From Bacteroidia bacterium (GTDB lineage Bacteria > Bacteroidota > Bacteroidia > UKL13-3): a stretch of DNA of 64,000 bases. The stretch lies in the NCBI GenBank assembly GCA_051861545.1, contig JBIMKP010000011.1, positions 20,299 to 84,298 on the forward strand, written 5' to 3'. Under the pieces are notes generated by a model. That model was not told the origin of the DNA. It searched no databases and was given only the letters and a program-made list of their open reading frames with translations. Positions 39,442-50,058 of this stretch are shown piece by piece. Made by a program: the position numbers and the translations under genes. Each line of letters starts with the position of its first letter. The stretch's first letter is position 1.

Positions 39442-41187
39442 TTATCTTAAATCAAAAGCAGTAATTAATTTTTTGTCTTTTAGATAATATAAAACACCAA
39501 ATTGATCATCAACTTTGTATTCAGGTTTTTTGTCTTTTAGGATAATTTCAGCATCTTTTTTACCAGTATTTTTATTGAATTTTATAAGACCAATTCCATC
39601 TTCAAGTTTTGTGAGAATATATAAATGATCTTTAGTGGTAGCAGTTGCCTTAAACTTTTTATTCATTTCACCCATCATATCATCTCCGGCTTTGCCGCTC
39701 TGTCTCGAATCTTTGTAATTACCTGCCATTCCTTGATTTACGCTTTGAGTGGCCATTGCTGCGGTTAAAGCGCCAAGTGCAATTTTTGCAGCTAAGCTTT
39801 GTCCGGGTGCTTTGTAGTATGATTGATAAATTAATTTTCCATCATATGAAAGTAGAATTGCATTTTGTGAAGCATTTACAAGTATTCCTGTCTCTCTAAA
39901 TTCAATTTTATTTGGAGTTTCGTCTTCTTTGAAGTTTAAATCCATTACTTTTTTACTGCTACCATCTTTTTTAATAAAGAATAATTCAGTGCCGGTACTA
40001 ACAACTAAGTTATCATTTTTGCTATCGTAAGCGCTAATCATATTGCTTACTTTCTTAAACTTTGTTGGTTCCTTAACATATTCACCAGTTTTTAAACTTG
40101 CAACACCCATATCTTTAGTAGTTAAAAAGAAAATTTGGTCATTGGGCAAGAGGTTTACATTTTTTGGAAAAATGCCGGTTTTGATATCCTTTTTTAATAA
40201 TTGTTTTCCGGTGATTAAATCAATCGTATTAATTCCACCAGACGTTGTTGAATATACAACACCATTTGATGTAATTTCAGCCATAAATATGCCACCTTTA
40301 ATTTTGAAAGGTTTTTTCCATATACCCATAGCTGTTTGACGATCAAAAATTTGGAAATATGTTGTTTTTAAATCTGCTGAATGACTGAACAATCCTTTCT
40401 CAGTGAATACCATACGTTGAGGCATTCCGGCCAATTTGCTAGGTTTTTTAGTTGTACGTTTTCCCGTAGCATCAAGTTTATGGAGGAAGTGTTTTTTACC
40501 ATCACTTTCACCTACATAATATTCTCCTTTAACAGGGTCGGCCAAAACATTAATTATACTTGATGTTTTTTCAAGATCGTCATAAGTCCAATCTATAGTA
40601 AATTTTTCTTTATCTAAACAAACTATTCCTTTTTCAGTTCTAATAAAAAGCTTTCCTTCAGACTCATAATATTTATAAAGATTGATATATGAACCCATGG
40701 TTTTTTTATCGGTGAACGAAACCAGACCTTTGTTTTCCAGCGTTTCAATATCATAAGCACCAAAAGAATAACCGGAACCATTACTTCCCAAAACATAAAT
40801 TCTTTTTGCTGGAAAATCAGATTTAATTGTAACAATATTAACCCAACCGGCTTTATATGAGTTAAATACTTCCTTTCCGGTAAAATAATCTAAGATAACC
40901 TTTGAATATCCACGTGTAAGAATAACATAAGGTGTACCTGGTATCAAAGAAACCTCTTCCGGTTTTAGTTTACCCATTGCGTTGTATTGGTATAAAACTT
41001 CTTTTTTATGAGCTTCAATTGCTGTTAAACCATCATCAGAGCCAACCAGAAGTATGCCGCCTGGAGCTAGGTTCATGGTTTGAATATCATCAGGAATTTG
41101 GTAACTATAAGTTGCTTGTAATGTTTGTTGAGCAAAGCTTAATCCAATGTTTAGGAGAAGACCTAAGGTTAAAAATATTTTTTTCAT
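39442..41187 (-). CDS. Secreted beta-propeller (PQQ-repeat-like) protein
   Basis: Signal peptide MKKIFLTLGLL...FA; repeated DxxTGK..W-like strands. Confidence 0.7.
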   Translation of the reverse strand: MKKIFLTLGLLLNIGLSFAQQTLQATYSYQIPDDIQTMNLAPGGILLVGSDDGLTAIEAHKKEVLYQYNAMGKLKPEEVSLIPGTPYVILTRGYSKVILDYFTGKEVFNSYKAGWVNIVTIKSDFPAKRIYVLGSNGSGYSFGAYDIETLENKGLVSFTDKKTMGSYINLYKYYESEGKLFIRTEKGIVCLDKEKFTIDWTYDDLEKTSSIINVLADPVKGEYYVGESDGKKHFLHKLDATGKRTTKKPSKLAGMPQRMVFTEKGLFSHSADLKTTYFQIFDRQTAMGIWKKPFKIKGGIFMAEITSNGVVYSTTSGGINTIDLITGKQLLKKDIKTGIFPKNVNLLPNDQIFFLTTKDMGVASLKTGEYVKEPTKFKKVSNMISAYDSKNDNLVVSTGTELFFIKKDGSSKKVMDLNFKEDETPNKIEFRETGILVNASQNAILLSYDGKLIYQSYYKAPGQSLAAKIALGALTAAMATQSVNQGMAGNYKDSRQSGKAGDDMMGEMNKKFKATATTKDHLYILTKLEDGIGLIKFNKNTGKKDAEIILKDKKPEYKVDDQFGVLYYLKDKKLITAFDLR

Positions 41188-41238
41188 AGATTTTAAATTT
41201 ATATGTACGAAATTGGCCATGAATGCCTTGCTTATCAA

Positions 41239-41254
41239 TACAGCAAATGCTGTA
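41239..41254. promoter_or_regulatory. Candidate NarL-type 7-2-7 operator, copy 1
   Basis: TACAGCA-AA-TGCTGTA, a perfect palindrome about 50 bp upstream of the 41187 start. Confidence 0.7.
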
Positions 41255-41325
41255 ATTCAAAGCATAAAAAAAAAGAATAACCGCTCATAAAGCAGCTATT
41301 CTTTTTACCCTTAATTTTCTTTATT

Positions 41326-41760
41326 TTATTTGGTACAATATGCTTTTGTATAATCGTCGCTTCCTCTTCTTTGCTCAAACTGTTTATCGTCGAACACCAT
41401 AGAAGATTTTGTGAAAGTTTTGATTTCCATTGAATCTGGTCTATCTCCTGGTTCAAGTGTTACCAATACATCCTTACCGTTAATTTTTAATACACTAAAG
41501 GTTCCTTCGGAATCATCAAAGGTTGTTTTTGTTACGTAAGTACCATTGCTGTTAAAAGTAATACTTGCATCACCAGCATTAAAGCTCATTTGCATCATTA
41601 CGGAATCATTTGTAAGTTTAAGGCTTTCGAATTTATTAATGTTCCATTTGCCAATTAAAGCTTCCTTTGAAAATGCAACAGGTGCATCTGTACTTGTTTC
41701 TTCTTCTTTTTTGCATGCAACCATTGCAAGCAAAAGCATTGGGATAAGTAGTTTTTTCAT
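41326..41760 (-). CDS. Lipocalin-like lipoprotein
   Basis: Lipobox MVAC; LIGKW motif; ITFNSNGT. Confidence 0.75.
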   Translation of the reverse strand: MKKLLIPMLLLAMVACKKEEETSTDAPVAFSKEALIGKWNINKFESLKLTNDSVMMQMSFNAGDASITFNSNGTYVTKTTFDDSEGTFSVLKINGKDVLVTLEPGDRPDSMEIKTFTKSSMVFDDKQFEQRRGSDDYTKAYCTK

Positions 41761-41789
41761 TGTTTTAGATTGATGTTTTTGTTTTTTGA

Positions 41790-43439
41790 TTAGTCTATTA
41801 TGATTTTTTTAACTGATATTCCATTTTTGGAGTTTACCTCAATTAGGTAAATGCCCTTACTAAAATTAGCGGTATAAACTGTTGCTTTATCCTGTTCAAT
41901 TATGTGTTCGCATTGGAATTTTTTTCCTGAAATATCATAAATAGAAACTCCCATAATTTCACTATTATCAATGGTTTCAACAATGAAATAGTCTTTTGCC
42001 GGATTTGGATAAACTGGTTTTAAATTTTCTAGATTTACTTTTTGAATAGCATTAGGACTTGAACCTGTTTTGATGCTAAAAAAGCCGATATGGTAAGCTC
42101 CTACATTCGTTCCTGTTAAAGGAAGTGTGATGTCTCCAAAACTATTTCCGGTTGAAAAAATACCCATCATATCAACTCTATTATCTGTGGCTTGTAAGTA
42201 TTCCATGGTACTTCCAACAAATCCACCACCAACAGAGGCTTTTAAACTACCAGTTATATTTCCTGCTTTATCAAATGCTGCAATCCATTGTTCGCTGCCG
42301 TTGGTTGTGGCGCTCTTTTTAAATTCAATACTATCGTTTTGTCCACTTTGCAGGTAAATACTTGAACTGGTATTTCCTGCTACATAAATTTTTCCATTTG
42401 AGAATACCGGACCTTTAAGACTATTATTACATACTCTGGTCCAAACTTGTTTGCCATCAGTTCCATTTATTTTAAGTAAGTAACCGGCTGATTTTCTAAT
42501 TCCATAACTTGATGAATATTGACTTCCACTACCTGCGATATAAATGTTTCCTTCATTATCCGCCATTGCGCCATTAAAATTTGTAACTCCATTATCATCA
42601 TCATAAGTTATTGCCCATTGAGCCATTCCATTATTATCAAATTTTACAGCAAATAAGGAACCTTGGTTATATGAAATAGAAATATTGTTTCCAAAATCAA
42701 TTGGAGTTGAAACGCCATTATTAAAACCAGTATAAAAAATATTGTTTCCGTGAACTATTAATTCTGTTGGTTGAGAGAATCCTTTTGTTACATTCACCCA
42801 ATCTACAGTACCTTCTATACTTAATTGACAAAGAAGTGAAAGATTATTACTGTATTGCGTGCGAGGATAGTTTACATTGTTGAATTTTAGGTTTAGTCCC
42901 TTACCATGTGCTAACCAATAAACTTTATTATTTATAACTTTTACAGAAACACCTCTGTCTGTTCCCAATGAAAATTCTTCTGATTCACCAAAGCGGTGCC
43001 ACCAAACTTTTCCACTAGAATTAATGCGAGCAATAAATGCATCACTTGAATATAAACCATTTCCTGTTGCTGTATATAATGGTGCAATTGAATCATTACC
43101 ATAATATATAGTCCCATTAAATTCACCTGTTATAATTGCCCCACCATTTCCATCTTCGCATATAGAATTTATTTTATGAATATAAGCAAAAGGAGCTGGT
43201 GCTTTGGAAGCTGATAATGATTGTGTCCAAACAACAGCATTGCTTGAGTTATATTTACTAAGCGTTAGTCCCTTACTCATAAAATATCCGCCATCTGTTG
43301 TTGGAATTACCGAGCCTTTTTCTGGCGTTTCAAGTAAGATAACATCTAATTTGGTGTATTTTTCTACTATTGGAGTTTGTGCATTTGAAGTCACATAAAG
43401 ATTTCCAAATAGTATTAAACTAAGTATTAGTTTTTTCAT
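41790..43439 (-). CDS. T9SS-secreted beta-propeller-like protein
   Basis: Signal peptide; DxxGN/W repeats; VYPNPA...GIYLI sorting domain. Confidence 0.85.
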   Translation of the reverse strand: MKKLILSLILFGNLYVTSNAQTPIVEKYTKLDVILLETPEKGSVIPTTDGGYFMSKGLTLSKYNSSNAVVWTQSLSASKAPAPFAYIHKINSICEDGNGGAIITGEFNGTIYYGNDSIAPLYTATGNGLYSSDAFIARINSSGKVWWHRFGESEEFSLGTDRGVSVKVINNKVYWLAHGKGLNLKFNNVNYPRTQYSNNLSLLCQLSIEGTVDWVNVTKGFSQPTELIVHGNNIFYTGFNNGVSTPIDFGNNISISYNQGSLFAVKFDNNGMAQWAITYDDDNGVTNFNGAMADNEGNIYIAGSGSQYSSSYGIRKSAGYLLKINGTDGKQVWTRVCNNSLKGPVFSNGKIYVAGNTSSSIYLQSGQNDSIEFKKSATTNGSEQWIAAFDKAGNITGSLKASVGGGFVGSTMEYLQATDNRVDMMGIFSTGNSFGDITLPLTGTNVGAYHIGFFSIKTGSSPNAIQKVNLENLKPVYPNPAKDYFIVETIDNSEIMGVSIYDISGKKFQCEHIIEQDKATVYTANFSKGIYLIEVNSKNGISVKKIIID

Positions 43440-43452
43440 ATTTCTGTATAGT

Positions 43453-44475
43453 TTAGTTTTTGATAAATCTTTGAGTAAACATTCCTTCTTGTGTATAACA
43501 GCTTAAGAAATAAATTCCAGGATTTAAACTACTTATATCAATAGATTCATTTATCGATGTTTCAGTTTGAACTAAAGCTCCAGTATGACTATATATAGCA
43601 AAACTCAAAGGGTGATAATTGGATGGAATTTCTAAGTTTATTTGACTTTTTGCTGGGTTTGGATAAAGACTTATATTTCCTTTTGAAGCCGCATCTTCAA
43701 GTGCATTTGGTGTATTGGATTTATAAATAACTGAACCTGTTGGCTGCAGCGGCATGCCTGTTCCGTTGCGCGCAAAAACTGTGAATCTCTTAGTTTTACC
43801 GTTTTCTTTTTGGTTTACAATTACTTTGTTTGCCAATTCAAATTGGTTAGTACTTGTCTGCAAAACAGTTTGCAATGAAGAGTCTAGTCCATTAGAATAG
43901 TAGTAAATAGTGTATGCAATTCTAGTGAAGTTTGAACCTTCAGGCTTAAATGCTACTAAAGAGTCGATTCGGTTATTGCTTAGGTAGTAAATAGACTTCG
44001 CATTTAGTTGCCAAGCTCCACTCATCCAACGATAAGAATAATGTTCGAATTGGTTCGGGTTAGAGCCACGTTCAATTGTAATTTTTGCACTATTGGTAAA
44101 TGGGCTACCATTATTGCTACGCTCAACAACTATGCTAGTATCACCCGTTGCATCAGATGTGAAGGTAGCTCGTTCTGTATCTTCCCAAGGGTTGTTGCCT
44201 TCTTTGTCACCAGAAATGCAAACTATTGTATTTTCGTTTACAGTACTCGTAATTCTAAAAACTGGCATACCTGGCATGGTAGAGTTTGACATTCCACTTA
44301 ATGGTACACCTTTATTATCATAAATAACATTGCTCATCTCAATGCCAGCAATAGTGATAGAATTATGTGTAATAGGTTCAACCCTAAGATTGAGACTCCA
44401 TATTTCTCCAGCACTAAACTGTGCATTTGCTCCAAAAGAAAAAAGTATTGCTAATACTAGTAGATTTTTTTTCAT
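43453..44475 (-). CDS. T9SS-secreted protein
   Basis: Signal peptide; LYPNPA...LNPGIYFL...FIK sorting domain. Confidence 0.85.
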   Translation of the reverse strand: MKKNLLVLAILFSFGANAQFSAGEIWSLNLRVEPITHNSITIAGIEMSNVIYDNKGVPLSGMSNSTMPGMPVFRITSTVNENTIVCISGDKEGNNPWEDTERATFTSDATGDTSIVVERSNNGSPFTNSAKITIERGSNPNQFEHYSYRWMSGAWQLNAKSIYYLSNNRIDSLVAFKPEGSNFTRIAYTIYYYSNGLDSSLQTVLQTSTNQFELANKVIVNQKENGKTKRFTVFARNGTGMPLQPTGSVIYKSNTPNALEDAASKGNISLYPNPAKSQINLEIPSNYHPLSFAIYSHTGALVQTETSINESIDISSLNPGIYFLSCYTQEGMFTQRFIKN

Positions 44476-44528
44476 AAGATTGTTTTAAATTATGAAGCAA
44501 AAATTTCTATTTTTTAATCAATCTGAAA

Positions 44529-44544
44529 TACAGCAAATGCAGTA
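44529..44544. promoter_or_regulatory. Candidate NarL-type 7-2-7 operator, copy 2
   Basis: TACAGCA-AA-TGCAGTA in the divergent intergenic region. Confidence 0.7.
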
Positions 44545-44559
44545 TATTCAAATAAACCT

Positions 44560-47529
44560 ATGCTATTAAAGACCTTAAAAATTTGTATATTATTATCGGT
44601 AATTCTTTTTCCAGACTTGCTACAAGCGCAATTGCAGCGTAACTATACTACCTATAATGTTGACAATGGCCTAGCACAAAACACGGTTTGGGATGCCATA
44701 CAAGACTATCGAGGTTTTATGTGGTTTAGCACAGCTGATGGTCTCAACAGATTTGATGGCTATACTATGAAATCGTATAAAAATCAGATAAATGATAGCA
44801 CATCAATTTATGGAACAACTGGGTTTAATTTTTTTCAGGATGCCCAAAATGTACTTTGGATTGGCCATGATAGAGGGCTGAGTATCTATGATAGAATCCA
44901 TGATAAATTTATTAACCTATATAAGAACCCTAATGGTATCAGCATTATGGGCATAGATTCAAATGGTATTTTATGGACCGTCTCTGCAGCTAAGTATGTT
45001 TTAGGTTTTAATTTAAAAAATGGTAAGTTAATTCATCAAGTTTTTGTCAATCAAAATTGGCATAACTCTTATGGTTCAATTGTAACCAGTGTAAAGATAA
45101 ATAGTTCGTTTTTTATAGGTCTCTCAGGCAATGTCTGTTTGCAGTTTAATCCTTATACTAAGCGTCATGTAACGCATCACTCACCTATAGCAATTAACTC
45201 TACATTACATGCTTTGGATTCTAATAGGTTTTGTTCTTTTTTAGGTAATAGGGCAGCCATATTCATTGTAAAAAATGATTCTATTCAAATTAAAGTTAAA
45301 CATTATCCAAAAATTGATACCTCGACATTTATTTTTAGTGGTGGAATTATCTTTAATAATAAATTGTATTGCGGAGGTATAAATGGCGTTTTTATTTTTA
45401 ACACAAAAACCTTAGAACTAGAAGACCAATTAACACATTTTAACAATGGTTTAACAGAGTCGTATGCTTATATCCAAACGCTTAGGTTTGATAAATCTGG
45501 TAATTTGTATATATGTTCTAATGGAGCAGGCTTATTTGTTTATTCCCCATTTAGAAATAGGTTTAAACATTATACAAATTACTCACCCAAAAAGAGCTTG
45601 TTCAAATCTATAATAACTACTAAAGATGGTAAAATATTTGCTGGTTCTTATGCTGAAGGTTTAACAATTTTTGAACCAAACGGAAAATTTGAAATCCTGA
45701 AAATGCCTGTTATGGGAGGAAATGAAAGCGTTAGTGCTTTATATAAACTTAATGAGGATGAGCTATTACTTGGTCTATATTTCAATCTTATTAAGTATAA
45801 TTACAAAACTCGGGTAAGTCATTATTTTGATAATGATCCTATTTATATTTCAAGTGGTTATCCTTTTTATCAAAAAGTTGGGAATGAATTATGGTTAAAC
45901 AGAAATAATACAGAAGATGCATGCATTCAGGATGTTTTTTCAAATAAAATAATCTTAGAAATAAAAAATAATACCATCACTTGTTTTCAAAAGCTAAATG
46001 AACACCTTCTTTTAATGGGGACAAAAAGAGGATTATTACTTTATGATTTAAATACAAAATTGACAAGAACCACAAATGTGAAAGAATTTGTAAAGTCAAT
46101 TTGTATTGCAAAGGACAGAACAATTTATGTAGGAACGATAGTTGGATTATATATTTACGATGCTAATTTGAAACTTTTAAAATACATAAATAATGGAAAT
46201 GGATTAGCAGATAATTTCATTTATGGTGTTTTAGAAGATAATTACAATAAAATATGGTTTAGTCATAATAAGGGTTTAAGCGTATATAACCCTAAAACTT
46301 CCAAACTAAAACATTATAGTGTTAAAGATGGACTTCAAAGCAATGAATTCAATACAGGTGCTTATTATAAAGATGAAAATGGCTTACTCTATTTTGGTGG
46401 TGTAAATGGAATAAATGTAATTGATACAAAAAATATTATTGAGAATAAAAGTGCTCCACATATTGCTATCAATGAGATTTTGTTAGGTGATGTTCCTTAT
46501 AAAACAGATACTACCTATAATGAAATCAAATCACTTCAATTGTCCTATTTAGACAATACCTTATCCTTCGATTTTTCTGCATTAGAATTCAGTCAACCCG
46601 AACAAAATACCTATCAGTATTTCTTAGAAGGATATGATAAAAACTGGATTCAAAGTGGAACTAAACATTTCGCTCGTTATGCTAATCTTCCTCCAGGAGA
46701 GTATGTTTTTAAAATAAAAGCAGCTAATGGTGATGGATATTGGAATGAAACACCAAGAGAACTCTTTATTAATATAACACCTCCTTTTTGGAAAACTACT
46801 TGGTTTTATGTTTTAATGTTCTTTTTAGGAATTTTCCTGCTTTCATTAAGTGCTTGGTTATTTATTAAAAGGCAAAAGCGTAATCTAGAACGTGCGTATG
46901 AAATTCAAAGAAAATTAGAAGAGGAAAGATTACGCATTTCTAGAGATTTACATGACAATGTAGGTGCACAATTAAGTTATCTCATTACCAATATTGAGTG
47001 GATGTTACAACACCCAGAACAAATGAGTGAAGCTGAGGAGAAGCAACGCCTTGAAGCTTTAAGTGAGGCTGGAAAAAATGCAATTCTTACACTTCGACAA
47101 ACCATTTGGGCAATTAGCCATAATAGTTTAATGGTTGATGATTTTGCAGATAGATTCAAACAGTTTGTTTTAAAGATGATTGAATTCAACAAAACAATTC
47201 ATGTTCAATTCTCGGAAGATTTAGTGAGTTCACATCAATTAAGTCCGGCTTTGGCTCTTAACTTTTTTAGAATCTGTCAGGAAGCTTTTACAAATGCTTT
47301 AAAACATGCTGATGCAAATACGGTAATCATCAAGTTTTCAAGTAATACTGAGTTTGTTTTACAGTTTAGTATCAAAGACAATGGTAAAGGATTTAACTGG
47401 GTTGAAGGACAAAAAAACGGACATTATGGTTTAATAAATATGAGGGCGAGAGCAGAAGAAATGGGAGCTAAACTTGAAATTTTCTCAAAAGAAGCAGAGG
47501 GAACTGAGGTTATTTTATCTTATAAATAA
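44560..47529 (+). CDS. Sensor histidine kinase (Reg_prop + Y_Y_Y + HisKA_3)
   Basis: Propeller repeats, YANLPPGEYVFKIKA, PPFWKT TM, ERLRISRDLHD, QEAFTNALKHA, DNGKG. Confidence 0.95.
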   Translation: MLLKTLKICILLSVILFPDLLQAQLQRNYTTYNVDNGLAQNTVWDAIQDYRGFMWFSTADGLNRFDGYTMKSYKNQINDSTSIYGTTGFNFFQDAQNVLWIGHDRGLSIYDRIHDKFINLYKNPNGISIMGIDSNGILWTVSAAKYVLGFNLKNGKLIHQVFVNQNWHNSYGSIVTSVKINSSFFIGLSGNVCLQFNPYTKRHVTHHSPIAINSTLHALDSNRFCSFLGNRAAIFIVKNDSIQIKVKHYPKIDTSTFIFSGGIIFNNKLYCGGINGVFIFNTKTLELEDQLTHFNNGLTESYAYIQTLRFDKSGNLYICSNGAGLFVYSPFRNRFKHYTNYSPKKSLFKSIITTKDGKIFAGSYAEGLTIFEPNGKFEILKMPVMGGNESVSALYKLNEDELLLGLYFNLIKYNYKTRVSHYFDNDPIYISSGYPFYQKVGNELWLNRNNTEDACIQDVFSNKIILEIKNNTITCFQKLNEHLLLMGTKRGLLLYDLNTKLTRTTNVKEFVKSICIAKDRTIYVGTIVGLYIYDANLKLLKYINNGNGLADNFIYGVLEDNYNKIWFSHNKGLSVYNPKTSKLKHYSVKDGLQSNEFNTGAYYKDENGLLYFGGVNGINVIDTKNIIENKSAPHIAINEILLGDVPYKTDTTYNEIKSLQLSYLDNTLSFDFSALEFSQPEQNTYQYFLEGYDKNWIQSGTKHFARYANLPPGEYVFKIKAANGDGYWNETPRELFINITPPFWKTTWFYVLMFFLGIFLLSLSAWLFIKRQKRNLERAYEIQRKLEEERLRISRDLHDNVGAQLSYLITNIEWMLQHPEQMSEAEEKQRLEALSEAGKNAILTLRQTIWAISHNSLMVDDFADRFKQFVLKMIEFNKTIHVQFSEDLVSSHQLSPALALNFFRICQEAFTNALKHADANTVIIKFSSNTEFVLQFSIKDNGKGFNWVEGQKNGHYGLINMRARAEEMGAKLEIFSKEAEGTEVILSYK

Positions 47530-47542
47530 TGCATCTGCTGTA
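47527..47542. promoter_or_regulatory. Candidate NarL-type 7-2-7 operator, copy 3
   Basis: TAATGCA-TC-TGCTGTA (reverse complement TACAGCAGATGCATTA) upstream of the response regulator. Confidence 0.6.
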
Positions 47543-47580
47543 TGTTTTACTAACTATTTTCCATCCAAATTGCATGAAAA

Positions 47581-48237
47581 ATGAATGATGTGATACAACT
47601 TGTAATTGTAGATGATAAACAGCCCAATAGAGTTTCTTTAAAGGAGAAACTAAGTTTTGTTCCTGAGGTGAATGTTGTATTTCTTGCAGCAAATGGCGAA
47701 GACTTTTTAGAGCAAATGGCTGAGCTCAAACAAAAAGTGGATATAGTTTTAATGGATATAGATATGCCAATAATGGACGGTATTAAGGCTGTTAATATTG
47801 GCTCTGAGCTTTATCCAGAAACCAAGTTTGTAATGCTAACGGTTTTTGATGATGATGAGAAAATTTTTGAAGCAATAAAATCGGGTGCAATTGGTTATTT
47901 GTTAAAGGATGAAAATGCTGATAGAATTGTTCATGCAATTAAAGAAATCACAGAATTTGGCGGCTCTCCAATGAGTCCTCGTATTGCGCGAAAGGCACTT
48001 CAGATTTTAATGAATGCCCAAGTTTCTAATGATAAAAAACCAGATTCCGGCTTAAGCGATAGGGAATTAGAGATTCTTAAAGGTTTGGTTGATGGTTTAG
48101 ACTATAAGGCCGTTGCCGAAAAGTTGTTTATTAGTCCTTTAACTGTACGAACTCATATCACTAAAATCTATAAAAAGTTACGAGTAAATAATAAAGTTCA
48201 GGCAGTTAATCTTGCAATTAAAAACAAGTGGTTTTAG
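47581..48237 (+). CDS. NarL/LuxR-family response regulator
   Basis: VDD, LMDIDMP and GYLLK motifs; LSDRELEIL...LFISPLTVRTHITKIYKKL HTH. Confidence 0.95.
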   Translation: MNDVIQLVIVDDKQPNRVSLKEKLSFVPEVNVVFLAANGEDFLEQMAELKQKVDIVLMDIDMPIMDGIKAVNIGSELYPETKFVMLTVFDDDEKIFEAIKSGAIGYLLKDENADRIVHAIKEITEFGGSPMSPRIARKALQILMNAQVSNDKKPDSGLSDRELEILKGLVDGLDYKAVAEKLFISPLTVRTHITKIYKKLRVNNKVQAVNLAIKNKWF

Positions 48238-48263
48238 CAAAAGGTGTCAATACCTTTTAGATA

Positions 48264-49214
48264 TTATTCTTCCCAATTCATTGCCACTTTTCCTTTGGTC
48301 CTCATCGATTCAATGTAAGTTATAGCATCAGGTATTTGTTTGTATGAAAACGTCTTTTCTATTTGTACTTTAATGTATTTGTGCTCTATTAAATGTGCCA
48401 AAGTTTCAAGGTCAGTTTTATTTACTTCAGCAGTAAACTGAATAAGTGGATAGCTTCCCAACATCTTTTTGAACAAGACATTTACCATATGGCCCATGCC
48501 GATAAAACCAATCATCACACCACGTTTTCCCATTCTTTTATAATCATCAAAGTTTAGGTTACCATTGGCATCTATAATCAAATCGTAATTTCCTTTTTGT
48601 TGGTGAATATCTATTTGGTCATAAGCAATCACATCGTCTGCACCAAGCGACTCAACAAAGGATTTATTTTTAGCCGAACAAATAGCAGTTACTTTAGCAC
48701 CTCTGGCTTTTGCAATTTGTACAGCAAAATGTCCAACACCACCCGATGCTCCATTAATCAGAACCGATTCACCAGCTTTTAATTTTCCATGTGTATCAAT
48801 GGCTTGCAAGGCTGTTAATCCTGCTATTGGAACACATGCCATTTCAGTAAAGCTGATTTCATTTGGCATGAATGCAATACACTTTTCATCAATCTGAATG
48901 TATTCTGCAAAAGCGCCACCAGTAAGTGATTCTCCATAAACTCTATCACCCACTTTGAAATGTTTGGTTTTATTACCCACTTTTTCTACAATACCAGCAA
49001 AATCAGCACCTAGAATTTTGTCTTTTGGTTTGAACAATCCTGTTGTAAATCTAGCAAAAAAAGGTGCACCTCTTAAAATGTGCCAATCAGCTGGATTTGC
49101 AGAATTGGCCATTACTTTCACCCGAATTTCATTTTCCTTTAATGCTGCTAATTCTATTTCTTCAAAGCGAAGAATTTCTGGTCCGCCGTATTGTGTTTTG
49201 ATAAAAGCTTTCAT
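48264..49214 (-). CDS. NAD(P)-dependent MDR-family oxidoreductase (alcohol dehydrogenase / quinone reductase-like)
   Basis: YGGPE, NPADW, GASGGVG and KGKV motifs. Confidence 0.9.
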   Translation of the reverse strand: MKAFIKTQYGGPEILRFEEIELAALKENEIRVKVMANSANPADWHILRGAPFFARFTTGLFKPKDKILGADFAGIVEKVGNKTKHFKVGDRVYGESLTGGAFAEYIQIDEKCIAFMPNEISFTEMACVPIAGLTALQAIDTHGKLKAGESVLINGASGGVGHFAVQIAKARGAKVTAICSAKNKSFVESLGADDVIAYDQIDIHQQKGNYDLIIDANGNLNFDDYKRMGKRGVMIGFIGMGHMVNVLFKKMLGSYPLIQFTAEVNKTDLETLAHLIEHKYIKVQIEKTFSYKQIPDAITYIESMRTKGKVAMNWEE

Positions 49215-49340
49215 GTTTTCTAATAATAATTTCTAAGAGAAAACCATGACGAAAGAAGGGGAGGAAAAGTTACAAACTTATGAATATGATTTTAAACTAT
49301 TTCCTCAAGAGAAAATGCATTTCTTCAAGAGCTAAACGTC

Positions 49341-49736
49341 TTACCTATAAATCAAATTAATCTCCGAAAGTTCTCTTCCAATTTGTTGAATGCCCGATAG
49401 AATTTTTTCTGTTTGAACAACAGAAGGCTTTTTGTTTCCCTGAACATATTGGGATAACAAGGTAGGATTCATCCCAATTTTTTCTGCCAAGAACTTTGAA
49501 TTAATTACTCGGTAGAATTGGAAAAATTGTTTGAAATCCATTTCAAACTTTAAATTATTGATGCTTAGTTTTAAGTCTTGCTCATCAAAATAAAGCTGAC
49601 AAGCTTCCAAAGAGTTCTCCATTAATTCTGAAATAGTTTTCCCACTTGTGAAGATGGGAAAGTCTTCCGCATATGCAGAATAACCTGTTTTGGTTATCTC
49701 CACAATTAAGCTGATTTTTTTTCTACTAGTCTTCAT
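49341..49736 (-). CDS. HicB-like antitoxin with C-terminal HTH
   Basis: TGYSAY...TSGKTISEL RNase H-like N-terminus; LAEKIGMNPTLLSQYVQG HTH; downstream of hicA. Confidence 0.8.
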   Translation of the reverse strand: MKTSRKKISLIVEITKTGYSAYAEDFPIFTSGKTISELMENSLEACQLYFDEQDLKLSINNLKFEMDFKQFFQFYRVINSKFLAEKIGMNPTLLSQYVQGNKKPSVVQTEKILSGIQQIGRELSEINLIYR

Positions 49737-49745
49737 ATTGGTTAA

Positions 49746-49931
49746 TTATTTTAGCCCTGCATCTTTTTTGATTTTATTCTCTAAGCCTTTTCCAAGTTCT
49801 TGTGAGCCATGATTTGGAAAGATAATAATACTTGGTTTTTTGTCGTGAATTAATTTAACATGTGATCCACTTTGAGAAATTGGATACCAGCCGTCACGGG
49901 TTAATATTCGATATAATTCTGAGCATTTCAC
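49746..49931 (-). CDS. hicA: HicA family toxin
   Basis: Probable GTG start at 49931; DGW...QSGSHVKL...FPNHG...LGKGL. Confidence 0.88.
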   Translation of the reverse strand: MKCSELYRILTRDGWYPISQSGSHVKLIHDKKPSIIIFPNHGSQELGKGLENKIKKDAGLK

Positions 49932-50012
49932 TTTAAACAAAAGTAAATAATAATTTACTTTCTTGAAACATTTTTTTTTAAATTTTATAGTATAACCTAG
50001 AATGAATGGCAT

Positions 50013-50038
50013 AAAAAAACTCCGGCATTACCGGAGTT
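50013..50038 (-). terminator. Intrinsic terminator of the transketolase operon
   Basis: aactccgg-catta-ccggagtt with a U-tract on the minus strand. Confidence 0.8.
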
Positions 50039-50058
50039 CCTTTTTGTTTCGATTTCTC

